63,969 nucleotides of DNA from Vitrella brassicaformis CCMP3155 (taxonomy: Eukaryota; Protista; Chromerida). Numbering within the stretch: position 1 is the first letter of the stretch; each line of letters starts with the position of its first letter. The position numbers and the translations under genes were made by a program. Positions 23,085 through 34,630 of the stretch are shown here, piece after piece. The notes below the pieces were generated by a model, which saw only the letters and a list, made by a program, of their open reading frames with translations, was not told the DNA's origin and ran no database searches. The stretch covers positions 1 through 63,969 of the forward strand of contig CDMY01000646.1 in assembly GCA_001179505.1 (NCBI GenBank). The letters are read 5' to 3'.

Positions 23085-25570
23085 CCGTCATCAGCAGCCG
23101 ATTCGTCGTCTGCTTGGCCCTGCTGGGGCGGATATCCTTCCGAGGCAAAGGAGGCAGGTGGGACGCTGCTAGCGGCCGAAGCGACAGCTGCAGCTGCAGC
23201 ATGTGTATCTGGCTCCGGCTGGCCAGTGAGGGGAATGGGGAGGGGAAGGAGAGGGCCCGCAGCGGCTGACGGGCCGCCGAACGTGTCAATCAGCTGGCGG
23301 CCAGGCAATATCATACCCTTCTCTCACACTCGTGCCATCGGCGTCGTCAGGGACGGCAGCAGACGACATATGTGGCTGTGGCTGGTGAGTGAGGGTAAGG
23401 GCAAGGGGGAGATGATGGGGGTGAGGCGGACTTATTTCGGGCAAGGGTGAAGAGCAGGGAGCGTCTGGTACGCCAGTCTGAGGCACGGCGCCGATCCACT
23501 GATTCACAGTCGCTTCAAACTCCTCCTCGCTCTACAGGGTGCACACAACAACACACCATCATCGCTGGGTCTGATGAATGCGTTCATATTCGTCTCTTAC
23601 GGTCATTCCATCGGTGTTGTCGATGCCAGAAGCAGCAGCAGCAGCAGCTGCTGCTGCTGCGGGGAGCTCAGGGGCTGTGGGACGGTGCTGCCCAGACAAT
23701 AAGAGAGTGAGAATGTGAGACAATGGCGGATCTCTTGTTGTGCCTGCCTGCCTGTCATCTTTCTGACCTGTTGGAAGCGTTCTCTGAAACCCCTGACCCA
23801 GCTATCGCTCGCCGAGAAGCCACTGACGCCCAGCCGCATCTTGATCTCCATCGCTTTTTCTCTGATGTCCTTTGTGGGAACACTCATTGGGTCACGCTGC
23901 CCAGCCATCCACTGCCGCATCTCATCCTCGATCGGCTGGTACTTAGGTTGCCTGATGCGCTTCTTGTCTGCATCGGTCACTTGCACACCGACCTCCCTCT
24001 GCTTCATTAGCTTGTAGCGCCACTGCCTGAATTGGCCATACTTGATGCCGTTCTCCTTGGCGAACTGGGCCATGCTGATCCGCTCGCCGGACTGCTTCCG
24101 CCTCTCAAACTCCTCCACCAGCCGCAGCCGCTCGCCGATAGTGGTCTCCGGCGCCCTCTCAGTGGACACCTTCATGACACAGAAACAAAGAGAGGCTATG
24201 TGACGGGCAGTGCGTGAATGGAGTGGTGGGAGGAATCAGAGTCATACGTTAGGGGCATCTCCCGCAGTGGGCGCCAGCTGGGGAATTTGGTACGGCGGGA
24301 AGCCATAGTGAGTGTGAGGATACTGCGCAGACACAGAAGAGGACAATCACATCAACGAGTGTGCCTTTCTCGTTCGTTCTCTCACCTGAGGTGTCTGCTG
24401 ATGCATGGAGGGGTCGGCGATGGGGTGGCTGGCACGGTCGTCGTCTCCAAAGAGCCATTGCAGGCCGTCGAGTGGGTCGTCTGGTGGGCTGACATGTGCC
24501 AATGGCTGACTCCCACCAAAGCACTCAGCGTCCCCTACAGCCACCATGCAATCGACGGTTGCATCTTCGCCTGCACGGCAATCGGAGCGTCTTGCGTGTC
24601 CGCTCACTTGATGCGTATCCGTCGGCTGCAGGGTCACTTCCTGATTGCGGCTCTCTGGGATGCGACTGAGTCCCCCATCCACCAGCGGCACTCCCAGACA
24701 CATAGCCGGGTGGCTGCAGCCAACACACACACACGGAGAAAGAGAGAGAGAGGTCAAGTGATGCGATCCAAGGACTGCCGAGTATGCCCACCTGATAAGA
24801 GCCGTAGTAAGGAGCTGCAGCTGCGGCAGCGCAACCACCATCTGCCACCTGTGAGAAAAGGGTAAGGAACAGAGTCACATCAGCACCACTGACTCCATCG
24901 CTGCATACACCTGTGTGTGAGTGTCATCACAATTATGCTCCTCGGCCAATTCGGTGGCTCCCGCAGCCTGGAAAAAAGCACAAACAGGCACATCAGCCAG
25001 CAGCCAAAGATCTGTGTGTGTGTCGGCAAAGGACGTCACCTGTGGGTGAGATCTGAACGAGTCGTCCATCAGAAGGCCTCCTTTGGGCAGATCTCCGGAA
25101 AAGGACCTCAGATGAGGACGCCTTGGTTGGTTGGTTATTGTATTTCGAGACTCGTGTCTGTAACCCCGAGGGGATCCTGTCCAGGTCACGCACTAAACTA
25201 GCAGCATGCACATGCATAGAAGCATGCACACGGCCTGTCTCCCCATCCCACCCACCCACCCAGTCGACACGCACGTGCCACCCTATGATGGTCAGAAAAA
25301 TCGCTGTCGACACCGGTTGCCTTGTGCTCGGGGAATAGCGAAGGGAAGACCAGTTGCTCTAACTCAGATAAGCTCGCAGACCTTTGAGCTCGCACCAAAT
25401 GGCCGTCGCAGGCATGTCCTCTCTGTCTGCTGGTGTGCTGTGCTGTGTGTGTGTGCAGATCTCTTCGTCAAGGGCAAGATCTCGGCGGTGACTGTCACTG
25501 TGACTCATTCGGTGTCGTTATGGGGACGTCGTGGAGATATGCTCCTTTCTGGCGTCGTTATGGGAGGGCC
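23085..25570. repeat. Segmental duplicate of about 9780-11870 (low-complexity piece + HTH gene + promoter)
   Basis: Long near-identical blocks, e.g. 23447-23560 vs 10033-10145 and 24590-24920 vs 11150-11480. Confidence 0.95.
23603..25069 (-). CDS. CENP-B/pogo-type tandem HTH protein, copy B (no DDE domain)
   Basis: ATG 25069 (MDDSFRSHPQ). Last exon TIGERLRLVEEF...RQPKYQPIEDEMRQWM...IREKAMEIKMRLGVSGFSASDSWVRGFRERF. Confidence 0.75.
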
Positions 25571-26480
25571 GGCTTGGTATACTGCTCACGGTATTCCTAC
25601 AGCTCGTCAGGCTCTGCTGTTCCGCCGTTGTCAGCGCACCGCCATGAACGGTGAGGTATCCACGTTCACTTTCGCACGCCCCTCCCACACACACTGGCTG
25701 AGATCTGCCACTTGTGTTGATTTGCAGCCGGTCTGACTCCTGGGTGGCGAGCGTTCCTTCTACGTGGCCTTCATGACCACTGGGACGATGTCGAGCTCGA
25801 TCGCCAGCGCTCTCAGTCGCTGGCGGACCCGACGGACGTGACAGCGCCACCGAAGCATCGCCAGGTGTGGCTCACCGCGGCGAGTGCCGAGCGCATCACG
25901 GGTCAGCAGGGGTGGCAGCTGGCGCTCCTTCCGGCGGCCATCGACCAGGACGCCCGGGACCGGCCCCTCCGCCACCTGTTCCGGCTGCAGGCCTTCCGCA
26001 AACCGGATATGAACCTGACCGAGCAGTCGGCTCATCAGGACGGCCAGTGCTGCGTCCTCGTGTACTGGGGAGGGGAGCTGGTGGATGAGGTGCGTTACGT
26101 GCCGGTCGACAAGGGTTCGGATGAGAAGCTGTGTGCGACGTGTGTGGTGCCGTGTGCTGATGGCACCGGCGGCATCTGCGGCAAGCAGAACACCTTCCGC
26201 AACGTCGTCAACTCGCACCTGCGCAAGACACACAAACTGACCAACGAGGATGCGCAGGTATGTGTGTGAGGACATGTCTTCTGCGCATGGACGGCCTCGT
26301 GTATGCTGTGTTGTCCTGCGTGGTGTCTGCAGCGGCTTCTTGCCTCTCTTGGGCTATCGGCGCCGATGACTGTCACCAACACACGTACGATGCGACGCGG
26401 TGCGGGGGATGGACTGAATGTGCTGTCTGTCCATCCACCGTGTCTGTCTTTCTGCAGATGTGTACCACCACCATGGGTCG
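25117..26480 (+). repeat. Segmental duplicate of about 297-1680 (promoter + BED gene 5' exons)
   Basis: Direct alignment with scattered substitutions. Confidence 0.95.
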
Positions 26481-27098
26481 CTGCAAGGTCAGGGAGCAGC
26501 CGACGAATATGCAGCAGGTGAGTGGGCAGAGATGCCTGCATGGGCAAGGGTGTAATGGTCGACTGTGTGCCTGCTATAGGTGACGCTGGGTGGTCCGGTG
26601 TGAGTCATCCACCAATGGCTGCGGGCCAGCCGATTATATTTGCCGGCTCGGTGATCTATCAGTCCAGCCACGTCCCCGCTGCTGAGACACCGACCACCGA
26701 CGACGAGAGCGCACCGTGAGTCAGCACATACAACAGCGTGCACATGGCATATGGCAGTTTGTGTATGTGTGTATGCAGGCCACCACTGGGTCTTCTGCGG
26801 GTCGACGACATGGATATGGCGCCTTCCAACAGTGACCTCAACGGAGGCATCGCTCCCTCCTATTTGCAAGGCCATGAGACGCTCCTCGGCCATGAAGTTG
26901 GGGGTTTGATGCAACAGGTGGGACATGACGGACGACACATTCGTGACAGACACGGCGCTGACAACGTCCGTGTGTCTGTTTTCTGTCTGTCGGGATGGAG
27001 ACTTTGAGGATCACAGCAAGTGGCCTGCCGATGAATGGGCCGACAGCCTGATTGGCACCCTGCTGGATCCTGATGGTGCTCTCATGCACCAGTACTGA
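25644..27098 (+). CDS. BED-like zinc-finger protein, copy 2 (open frame)
   Basis: MN|AGLTPGWRAFLLRG...CATCVVPCADGTGGICGKQNTFRNVVNSHLRKTH, then short exons to ...DEWADSLIGTLLDPDGALMHQY*. The 3' exons are unrelated to those of copy 1. Confidence 0.6.
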
Positions 27099-28154
27099 GT
27101 GCAACTTGCGTGCGTGTGTGGTGAGTGGATGTACGTGTGTACGTGTGTGTGTGTGTGTGCATGGATGGATGGATGGATTGACTGGATGCATGGCGACTCA
27201 TTGAATGTATGGGCTGGACTGATTGGCACGCGCACGAAGACAGTCAAATCATCTCCTTCCATACACCATCGGCACGGAAGCGATTGCATGTCCCCCTTCC
27301 CTCCAGCCAAACACTACAGACAGACATACAAAAAATGCACACGAAGAATGGGTAGTACCAAAAACACTGTCAGTGTAAGATGTCATCACAGCCAAAATGG
27401 CCACATATGCATATCAACATGAGGGAAAAATACAACCATAAATGCCCCACGCACACCTCACACCATCTCTCTCTCCTGTAAGCAAGGCTTTTTCTCTCTC
27501 TCTCCTCCGCTTCTCCGCTTCTCTGCTTTTTCGATCGCTGCTGCCGACGAACGACATGTTGTAATGCTTCACAAGTGCACACATACACGCGCACAAAAGA
27601 AGAAGGCTTGCTCGCGGCTGAATTGGCTGTCGTGTTGTTGTCTGCATCGATTGATTAGGCCCTGGCTGCATTGCATTGCATAGATACTATTGGTATAATG
27701 CTTGTGCTGTCTGTCGTGTCAGTGCCGCTGCGAAGTAGCAGCAAAAAGAGGTGTTTGCCGTGGTGTGACGTGGTATGCGGTGTGTATATGTATATCTATC
27801 GTATCAATGCTTCCCACAATCCATCTGCAAGGCCTTGAGGACATTCACACGCACGCATTCACACATGTTGGTCAACACAGGGTGCAGCAGGCCACAACAG
27901 GACGACAGAAAAATAGTGGCATCTACACAGGTCAAATGTCCATACGACAAATAGCTACATCGAAGTCCATTCCCCTCCACCAAGCCGGCAAATACATGAA
28001 AAGCAAAAATAACCGTGCTGCTGGTGAAGGGGGGGAAGAATACCTATACACACCCTTGGCATTTTACTCATATACATACATACAATCCCTCACACCCACC
28101 CCTTTCCTCTCTCAGATTAATCAAACATCGATCGTCACTGTCTTCGTCATCATC

Positions 28155-30435
28155 TCAGTCCTCGTTCATACTACTGTCATCATCACTCTCGCTCTCGCTC
28201 TCGCTCTCGTCCTCTTCAATCTCAGGCACGGCAAAGCGGTCCGCCATCGAGACGAACTCACCCGCCTCATCGACAAAGCCCAGCCCGTCCCACTCGAAGT
28301 CACAATCCCCATCGCCGAGGTGCTGAAAGCCCTTGACCACGCCCCTCGGGTCGTGCTCCGTCGCTTCGTCAAGCCGTGCCCTGTGGACCACCTCTCGAAG
28401 ACCCAGCAGCCGATGCTGCCCACCCTCCTCTCCCCGTATTGCGAAGCACTGCAGTGGTGGGGCATGGACCGTCTGGCCTTGCTCCTCGTGCCTCCCACCG
28501 ACCACCTCTGTGTTGCCGCTGGCGTGAAAGACAGCAGAGGCGACGAAGTGGTCCATTGCCGTGTGGATGCGATGGCCGAGTTTGCTGTGGGACCGCAATT
28601 GGATCGCGTTGACGGTCTCATGGGCGGCGGCGGTATCGAAGCACAATGCCGCAATGTGCCAGGCGATCGCCGCTGCCTCTTGTGGGCCGAAATGGAGGAG
28701 GGAGGGGACGGGATCATCAGGGGGGCCGTCATTGTGAGGCGCGAGGGGCAGCAGATCGGTGAGCAGAGCGGCCAGCTCACGTTGGGGCCTCAAGGCAGCA
28801 TTGACCGTGTTCATGAGCTCATGACGGATACGGTTGAGGACGCGCACATACTCACGCTTGATCACCTGGCGCTCACGGTTAGCTCCGCTGAGTGCTGGAT
28901 CGCCTTTCCTGGTGGTAGCGATGGGGGCAGCTGGTAGAGGAACGCCGGCACGCAACAGCAGTCGGATCCTCTCCTTGGCCGCCTCTGCCCTCCTCTTGTA
29001 GCATTTCTCGAATTCCTTGCATTCAATGCTCGATCGCACTTGACGAGCAAGCTCTTGAGCACACTCAGCCTCACCACTGAAATAGCGCATCAGCTCAGGG
29101 CCTCTCCTCACGAGGACACTCGCCGGCAGACGCTTGCACAGGAACTCCAGTAACCAGGGCTCATGGGCGCCTTCTGCCTGGTCGATCGGCCTCAGTCCAT
29201 TACCCTCTTTGCTGTTGATTGGGGAGCCGAACTCATACAAGAGCTCACAGAAACCAACTGAAAAGTCAACCACACGTTCAATCAGTAACAGTGCTACGTG
29301 TATGTGTCATTCGCCGGCTCACTTGTGAAGTTCCTGGTGAACGACGCATGCTCAGCCACTGAGTGAATGGGCAGCTCTTTGTCACAAAGCTCCTCGGTCG
29401 CCAGACTGCTGTCGTGCTCCAGTAGCCGGCGGATGCAGGGGAGAAGAACGTCGAAGTACTGCTCGTAGACGTCCTCTGGCGGGCAAGGCTTCTGATCCTT
29501 CCCATCTATATCCCAATCATCACCGAAGAAGAGGATGGCGGGGGGAACAGAGGGAGGCTTCCCTCTACTGCCGCCCTTCTGTTCGAACGAGAGACGAACG
29601 ACACAGGTGCATGGGTGGAGTTGGCATCTGTGTTTTGGTGTGTTCACCGATCGTTTGCCGCTCTTCTTGCTAGGAATGCGGGACTGGCTGAGAAGGGTGT
29701 CGAGGGCAGGGAGGTTCGCTTTGTGGAAGGCCGCCTTAATCAACTCGTCGCCTCCACGTGCTCCCCCGGCAAGCAAGGCTTGGAGGACCTCCCTTTGTTG
29801 CTCGGGAGATGGCCACAGGGGCAGAATAAGTGGAAGTCCAACCTTTTCCATCCTCCTTGTATGTCCCCAGTTGAGGCCAGGACATCCACCTAAAGGCAGA
29901 CAACGAGGCAACCAACACAAGGTACGTGACACATGTGATGTAACTGCCTTGTTGGCTTGCCTGTCGGGTCGTCAATTGCCAACTGAAGCACACCCAACTC
30001 CTCCCATGTGGAACGAGGCCATCTGTCCCACCAAGGGCGGTGGTTGGGCCGCTTCATGCCGCTGAGCCTCACTGTCAGCTTCGCATCCGCCCCCTTCTCG
30101 ATGAGCCTCGACACGCCACGCCCCGTGATGTTGCGCCGCAGAATCCGACAAACCAATCGCTCGCTGGCCTCATTCGTGTCGGCGGGGAAGCTGATGCCCA
30201 CCGAGCGGTCGTTGAGTACCACTTGACGCTCGTCATCAACAGCACCAGCCTCTGATGAGTTGCTGCTTGGCGCGCCCGCATCCCCTTCCAAAAAGTTCTC
30301 GACAGAAAGACGGTACCGAAGCCTCTTCCGTTTGCCTTCTTCGTCGGGCGGGAAGTCAGCGATACGCTTGCGAGGGGGAGGTCGCTCGTGCGGGGGAGGC
30401 GCTGGCACGTCCCGGCCGCTCCTCGTGTGCACCAT
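28155..30435 (-). CDS. Lineage-expanded ankyrin-like hypothetical protein
   Basis: Three coding segments (29890-30435, 29294-29932, 28155-29273) with LIEKGAD and LPLWPSPEQQREVLQALLAGGA motifs and C-terminal PPLQCFAI...LGLREVVHRARLDEA...FEWDGLG, a pattern I recall from a large Vitrella family. Confidence 0.7.
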
Positions 30436-30637
30436 GACGGATCCAACAGATGCGATGAATCAGAGAGAGCGATGGATCAGTCTCTGCCGAATAGGGAAGC
30501 GACGCAGAGACGCACAACACTGACCACAGCACATCCCACACTGCGAGCTCAGCTCGCGATCTTGAGCAGGAAGATCTCCACCAAATGTGTCCATCGTGTG
30601 GCCATTTCCAGGCTCTGCATATGGATGCTGAGAGATC

Positions 30638-32090
30638 ATGACCACCTTTTCTCGGCTGCGGGCAGCCGACGTGCTGCTCTTATCGCAGGTCATTCGGGGC
30701 ACCGACGCCTTTGCCCATCCCCTGGCACGCCGCATCGGCCGCAGCTTCCTTCCACACGCGTGGAAATATGGCCCCGCCATCAGTGATGATGACATCATTG
30801 CCAAGAGAGATGCAGAGATCTATGCCGACGTCAGCTCACAAGTGCGGCAGTGCTTCGGATGGCTCATGGCCTACCTGCTGCCAGAACTGAGTGTGGACGA
30901 CTTCCCCCACTACACAAAGCCCCCGGTGCTGTCTGTCCGATTGTCACCTCTGCAGGGGCTGGGCGTGTTCGCGGCCAGCCACATCAGGAAAGGCACCGTG
31001 GCTTGCCTCTACCCGGGCTATGTGTGGCCGTCGACCTCCAAGTCGCTGCCTGCGAGTGACTTTGCGGTGACCAACGTGCATTCACGCGAGAGGGCGGTGA
31101 TCGACGGGGAGGGGTGGCTTTACGAGGGCATGGGTGACGTCATGGCCGAGTGGGGGGTGGATCTGGCGGCGTTCTCTCCAGGCCAGTTCAAGGGCATCGG
31201 GCGGCTGTCGGACGAGGCCGTCAAGCTGCAGATGTCCCGGTGCAAAGCCAAAGACGCGCGGGGAAAAGCGGTAGCACACACATTCACAGAGAGAGAGAGA
31301 CGATGGACACTCGCATCCGTGAGCTGTGTTGTTTGCAGAGGGTGGTCAGCGTGATCCATCGCAACCCGCTGGCTTTGGGCAACTTCATCAACCATCCGCC
31401 TAAGGGCGCCATGCCCAACGTGGCGCCCTTCGCCTTTGACTACCCCTATCTGCCCGACTTCGCCGACATCGACCAGGCCCTCAAGAGTCTGACCGCCGAC
31501 CAACCGAGCACCTCTGCTGCTGATGCTGACGTGCTATCAAGCGGATTCGACAAGAGGCTGGCGGCCGTGTATGTGCAGATGCTGCCACATGCACTTGTCA
31601 AGTCGGGCTCAGAAACAGACACAGCAGAGGGCAGCCAGCCGTCATCGGCCGAGCAGCATTCCGCCCGCATAAAGCGGTCGTCGACTCGTCAGCTGCATGA
31701 CGAGAAGTACCATGGCGAGAGTGTGGGGAGGTTTGTGTGGTCGCCGGGCTATGACGACACGCCGCCGCCGTTTCCTTTTGATGGGATGGCCTTTGTGGCG
31801 CTGAGGGACATAACTGAGAATGAGGAACTGATGTTCAACTACAGGTGCATCCGCTCGCTCACACACACACACGCATGCACACCCACGCGTATCTATGTAT
31901 GTGTCTGTGTACCCATGAGCGGGGTGTGTGTGTGTATAGGTACAGCATGGCCGAGCAGTCGCTGTGGATCGGTTGGCTCTCCGAGAACTCCCCCTTTCTT
32001 GACTCCATCTACCCCAAGTGGTACTCCAAGGTCGACGAGAGACGGTTCTTCCTCGCCCACACACGGCCCTCAACCCAGACAGACAGGTAG
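30638..32090 (+). CDS. SET-domain protein (SETD9-like) lysine methyltransferase
   Basis: SPLQGLGVFA...KGTVACLYPG, NPLALGNFINHPP, FVALRDITENEELMFNYR|Y; two introns. Confidence 0.85.
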
Positions 32091-32568
32091 ATGACATCAT
32101 ATGCATGTGGGTACGTGGGGTGGGGTGCGTTGTCGCGTGTGTTGGTGGACTGACTCTCTGACTTAAGGAGGGGAGGGGCTCCATTGGAGGGGCTGTTGTC
32201 GCACCCCTCACGCGTGTGTGTGTGTGCGTGTTTGGGCGTTTGGGCGTGGCCGGTAGTAGGTGAGTGACAGTGCAGACAGATCCCTGATGTGTTCGCAGAG
32301 GAACGGTATGAGCACCATCCACCGCAAGTCCACTGCAGTGGGCTGTCTGCCCGGCTAAGTGTACTGATTGCAATGCGGCGGTGGTCGGGCCGCTGACAGC
32401 GAAACCATCATGGCAGCGAAAAGGCCTCCTCTCAGAAGAAAGACGCCCCCACAGGCCCCCATGTTCATCCCACGATCGGAGCCCGCAAGGAGTTGCCAGC
32501 CTGCGGACTTTTCTGGTCTGCGTATCGCTCTCTTTGACTCTCAGGGAGGCCGACTGATTGGTTGATCT

Positions 32569-32883
32569 ATGAAGTGTCTGCCCTGCATCTGTGGAGCCGC
32601 CCAAGCGATGACAGACAAGCTGGACTCCTCCTGCCTCCCCGAGGGATACCAGTGTGTGCTCTACGACGGTATGTCTGACACTCTTGCCGCACACACGACA
32701 GACAATCATTATGTCAGACGTGCCGGTGTGTGTGTATGCCTGCAGACTTCCAGAGCGACGGGGTTGACAGGGACAAGTGGGACTTCCGGCTGGACACATC
32801 AAAGGTCGCCAGTAGTGAGTAGTGAGTATCGCATGCGCAGATCTAGGCAGGCACGTGTGTGCACAGGCAAGCCGATACGCCCT

Positions 32884-32915
<32 letters not shown>

Positions 32916-33144
32916 ACCTTGCAGGTATGTCACTGTGATGCCGAGTGCGTGGGTGTGGCGAAGGGCGCGTGCCTCAAGATCAGTCTGCTCGACATGAAGG
33001 ACCTCGCAGCACGCAGACGGCTCACCACCACCGACATCAACACAGAGCAGCCCGAGGCATGCGATGAGAGTCCTGTGGGTGGCAACTGCCCGTTCGCCGG
33101 GGGCGGCATCGTCACCAAACAAGCGTTCAAGGTACGCGCAATGC

Positions 33145-33177
<33 letters not shown>

Positions 33178-33910
33178 GAGGAGTCAGTCGGTCAACCAAT
33201 ACGCTCTCTCTCTCTCTCTCTCTCCCTGCGTGTGGTCAGCATGGCTACTTTGAGATGCGCGCGCGTATGTGGTGTGAGAAGGGGTGGCACCAGGCCTTCT
33301 GGCTGACCACCTCACACGACCTCAGAGCCCCGGCCAGCGGCCCGCGGCAGGAGATCGACATAGTGGAGACCCGCAGCGGACACAAAAGCATGACCTGGAA
33401 CCTGCACAGGCAATGATCTGCACACACACACGCACATGTAGTTCTGCCGCTGTGTGTGTGTTAGGTGGATGCCCCGTCCGCACGAGAAGATCATCGGCAA
33501 GTGCATCCACCCCACACCCGACCTCAGCAAGGACTTCCACACGTGGGGACTCCTCTGGACAGACAGTGAGCTGGTGTGGGACCGAAGCGGCACATACACA
33601 CATAGACAGACAGGCAGACCGACAGAGGCATGCCCCACACAGACACAGAGAGAGAGGCGCAGGCCCCACACAACACATGTGTCTTCAGTGTGATGTCACC
33701 CCCGTGTTGACGTAGGTGTGGTATTTCGACGGCCAAGAGACGGGTCGCGTGGATCTTACCGCCGTCCCCATCGCCGCGGCCGACTGGACGCCCCAGTACG
33801 TGTGGGTGACGGCCATCTCCCTCGAGACGACCTACAAGGACATCGACACCAAGAAACTGCCCGGATGCATGGAAGTCGCATACGTCAAGATCTACCAGAA
33901 ACAGACATAG
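32569..33910 (+). CDS. Glycoside hydrolase family 16
   Basis: HGYFEMRARM, W..AFWL, catalytic EIDIVE, FHTWGLLWTDSELVW|YFDG, LPGCMEVAYVKIYQK; about 6 exons. Confidence 0.85.
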
Positions 33911-34630
33911 AGAGGGGAACTCTTTTCTTGCTGCCAGGGGATGTTTGTTTAGTGGGTGAGTGGGAGGGAAGAAGACTGTTTAGCGCTCGGTGTGCCTGAT
34001 GGATGACTGCTCTTTTCTTAGCCCAATTGCTGCCTGCCTGAGAGACGGTGACCAAATCAGATGGCGTTCATCCACCTCTGGTGAGCATTTTGTCGACAGA
34101 CAGAAATGCTCGTCAAGGGTGGCGGATGGCCATGACATGTGAGCCATTCTCGCATACGGCATGCGAAATTTGAGTAGTGGCGTGTGTCTGCTGCCAAATG
34201 AGTAGTTAAGACAAGACATCTGGAAAGAACTGAATGAATCGATATATCATCCACTGTGTCTCTGTCCACGTACGTTGGCACATGGATCGATGACAGATGT
34301 CTCAAACGGCCCATGGTAAATCAACGACAATCGAGCAAATTCCCTCCCCTGTCAGAGTATCCGTTCACTCAACTTCCCCTCCTTCCTTTGCCCAACACAC
34401 ACTCGTGCGCCAAGATGCGCACACTGCGCATGCAAAATGTTCCCACGGCCCTCCCTCACGCATCATATGCTATTCCCACGCTGCACACATGGATGGCCAT
34501 CCATGCAGCAGCAGCAATCTACAAACACACCCACCCACAGACACAGAGACACGAGTGCATTCCCCTGCTCGTGTGCATCATGTCTCTCTCTCTCCGATAG
34601 CTCCTCCCCGCCGTCTCATACCTGCGCCAA

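Noticed and set aside
27702-28937. 411-aa plus-strand ORF
   Set aside because: Antisense shadow of the minus-strand gene at 28155-30435, extended by AT-rich intergenic sequence; no motifs.
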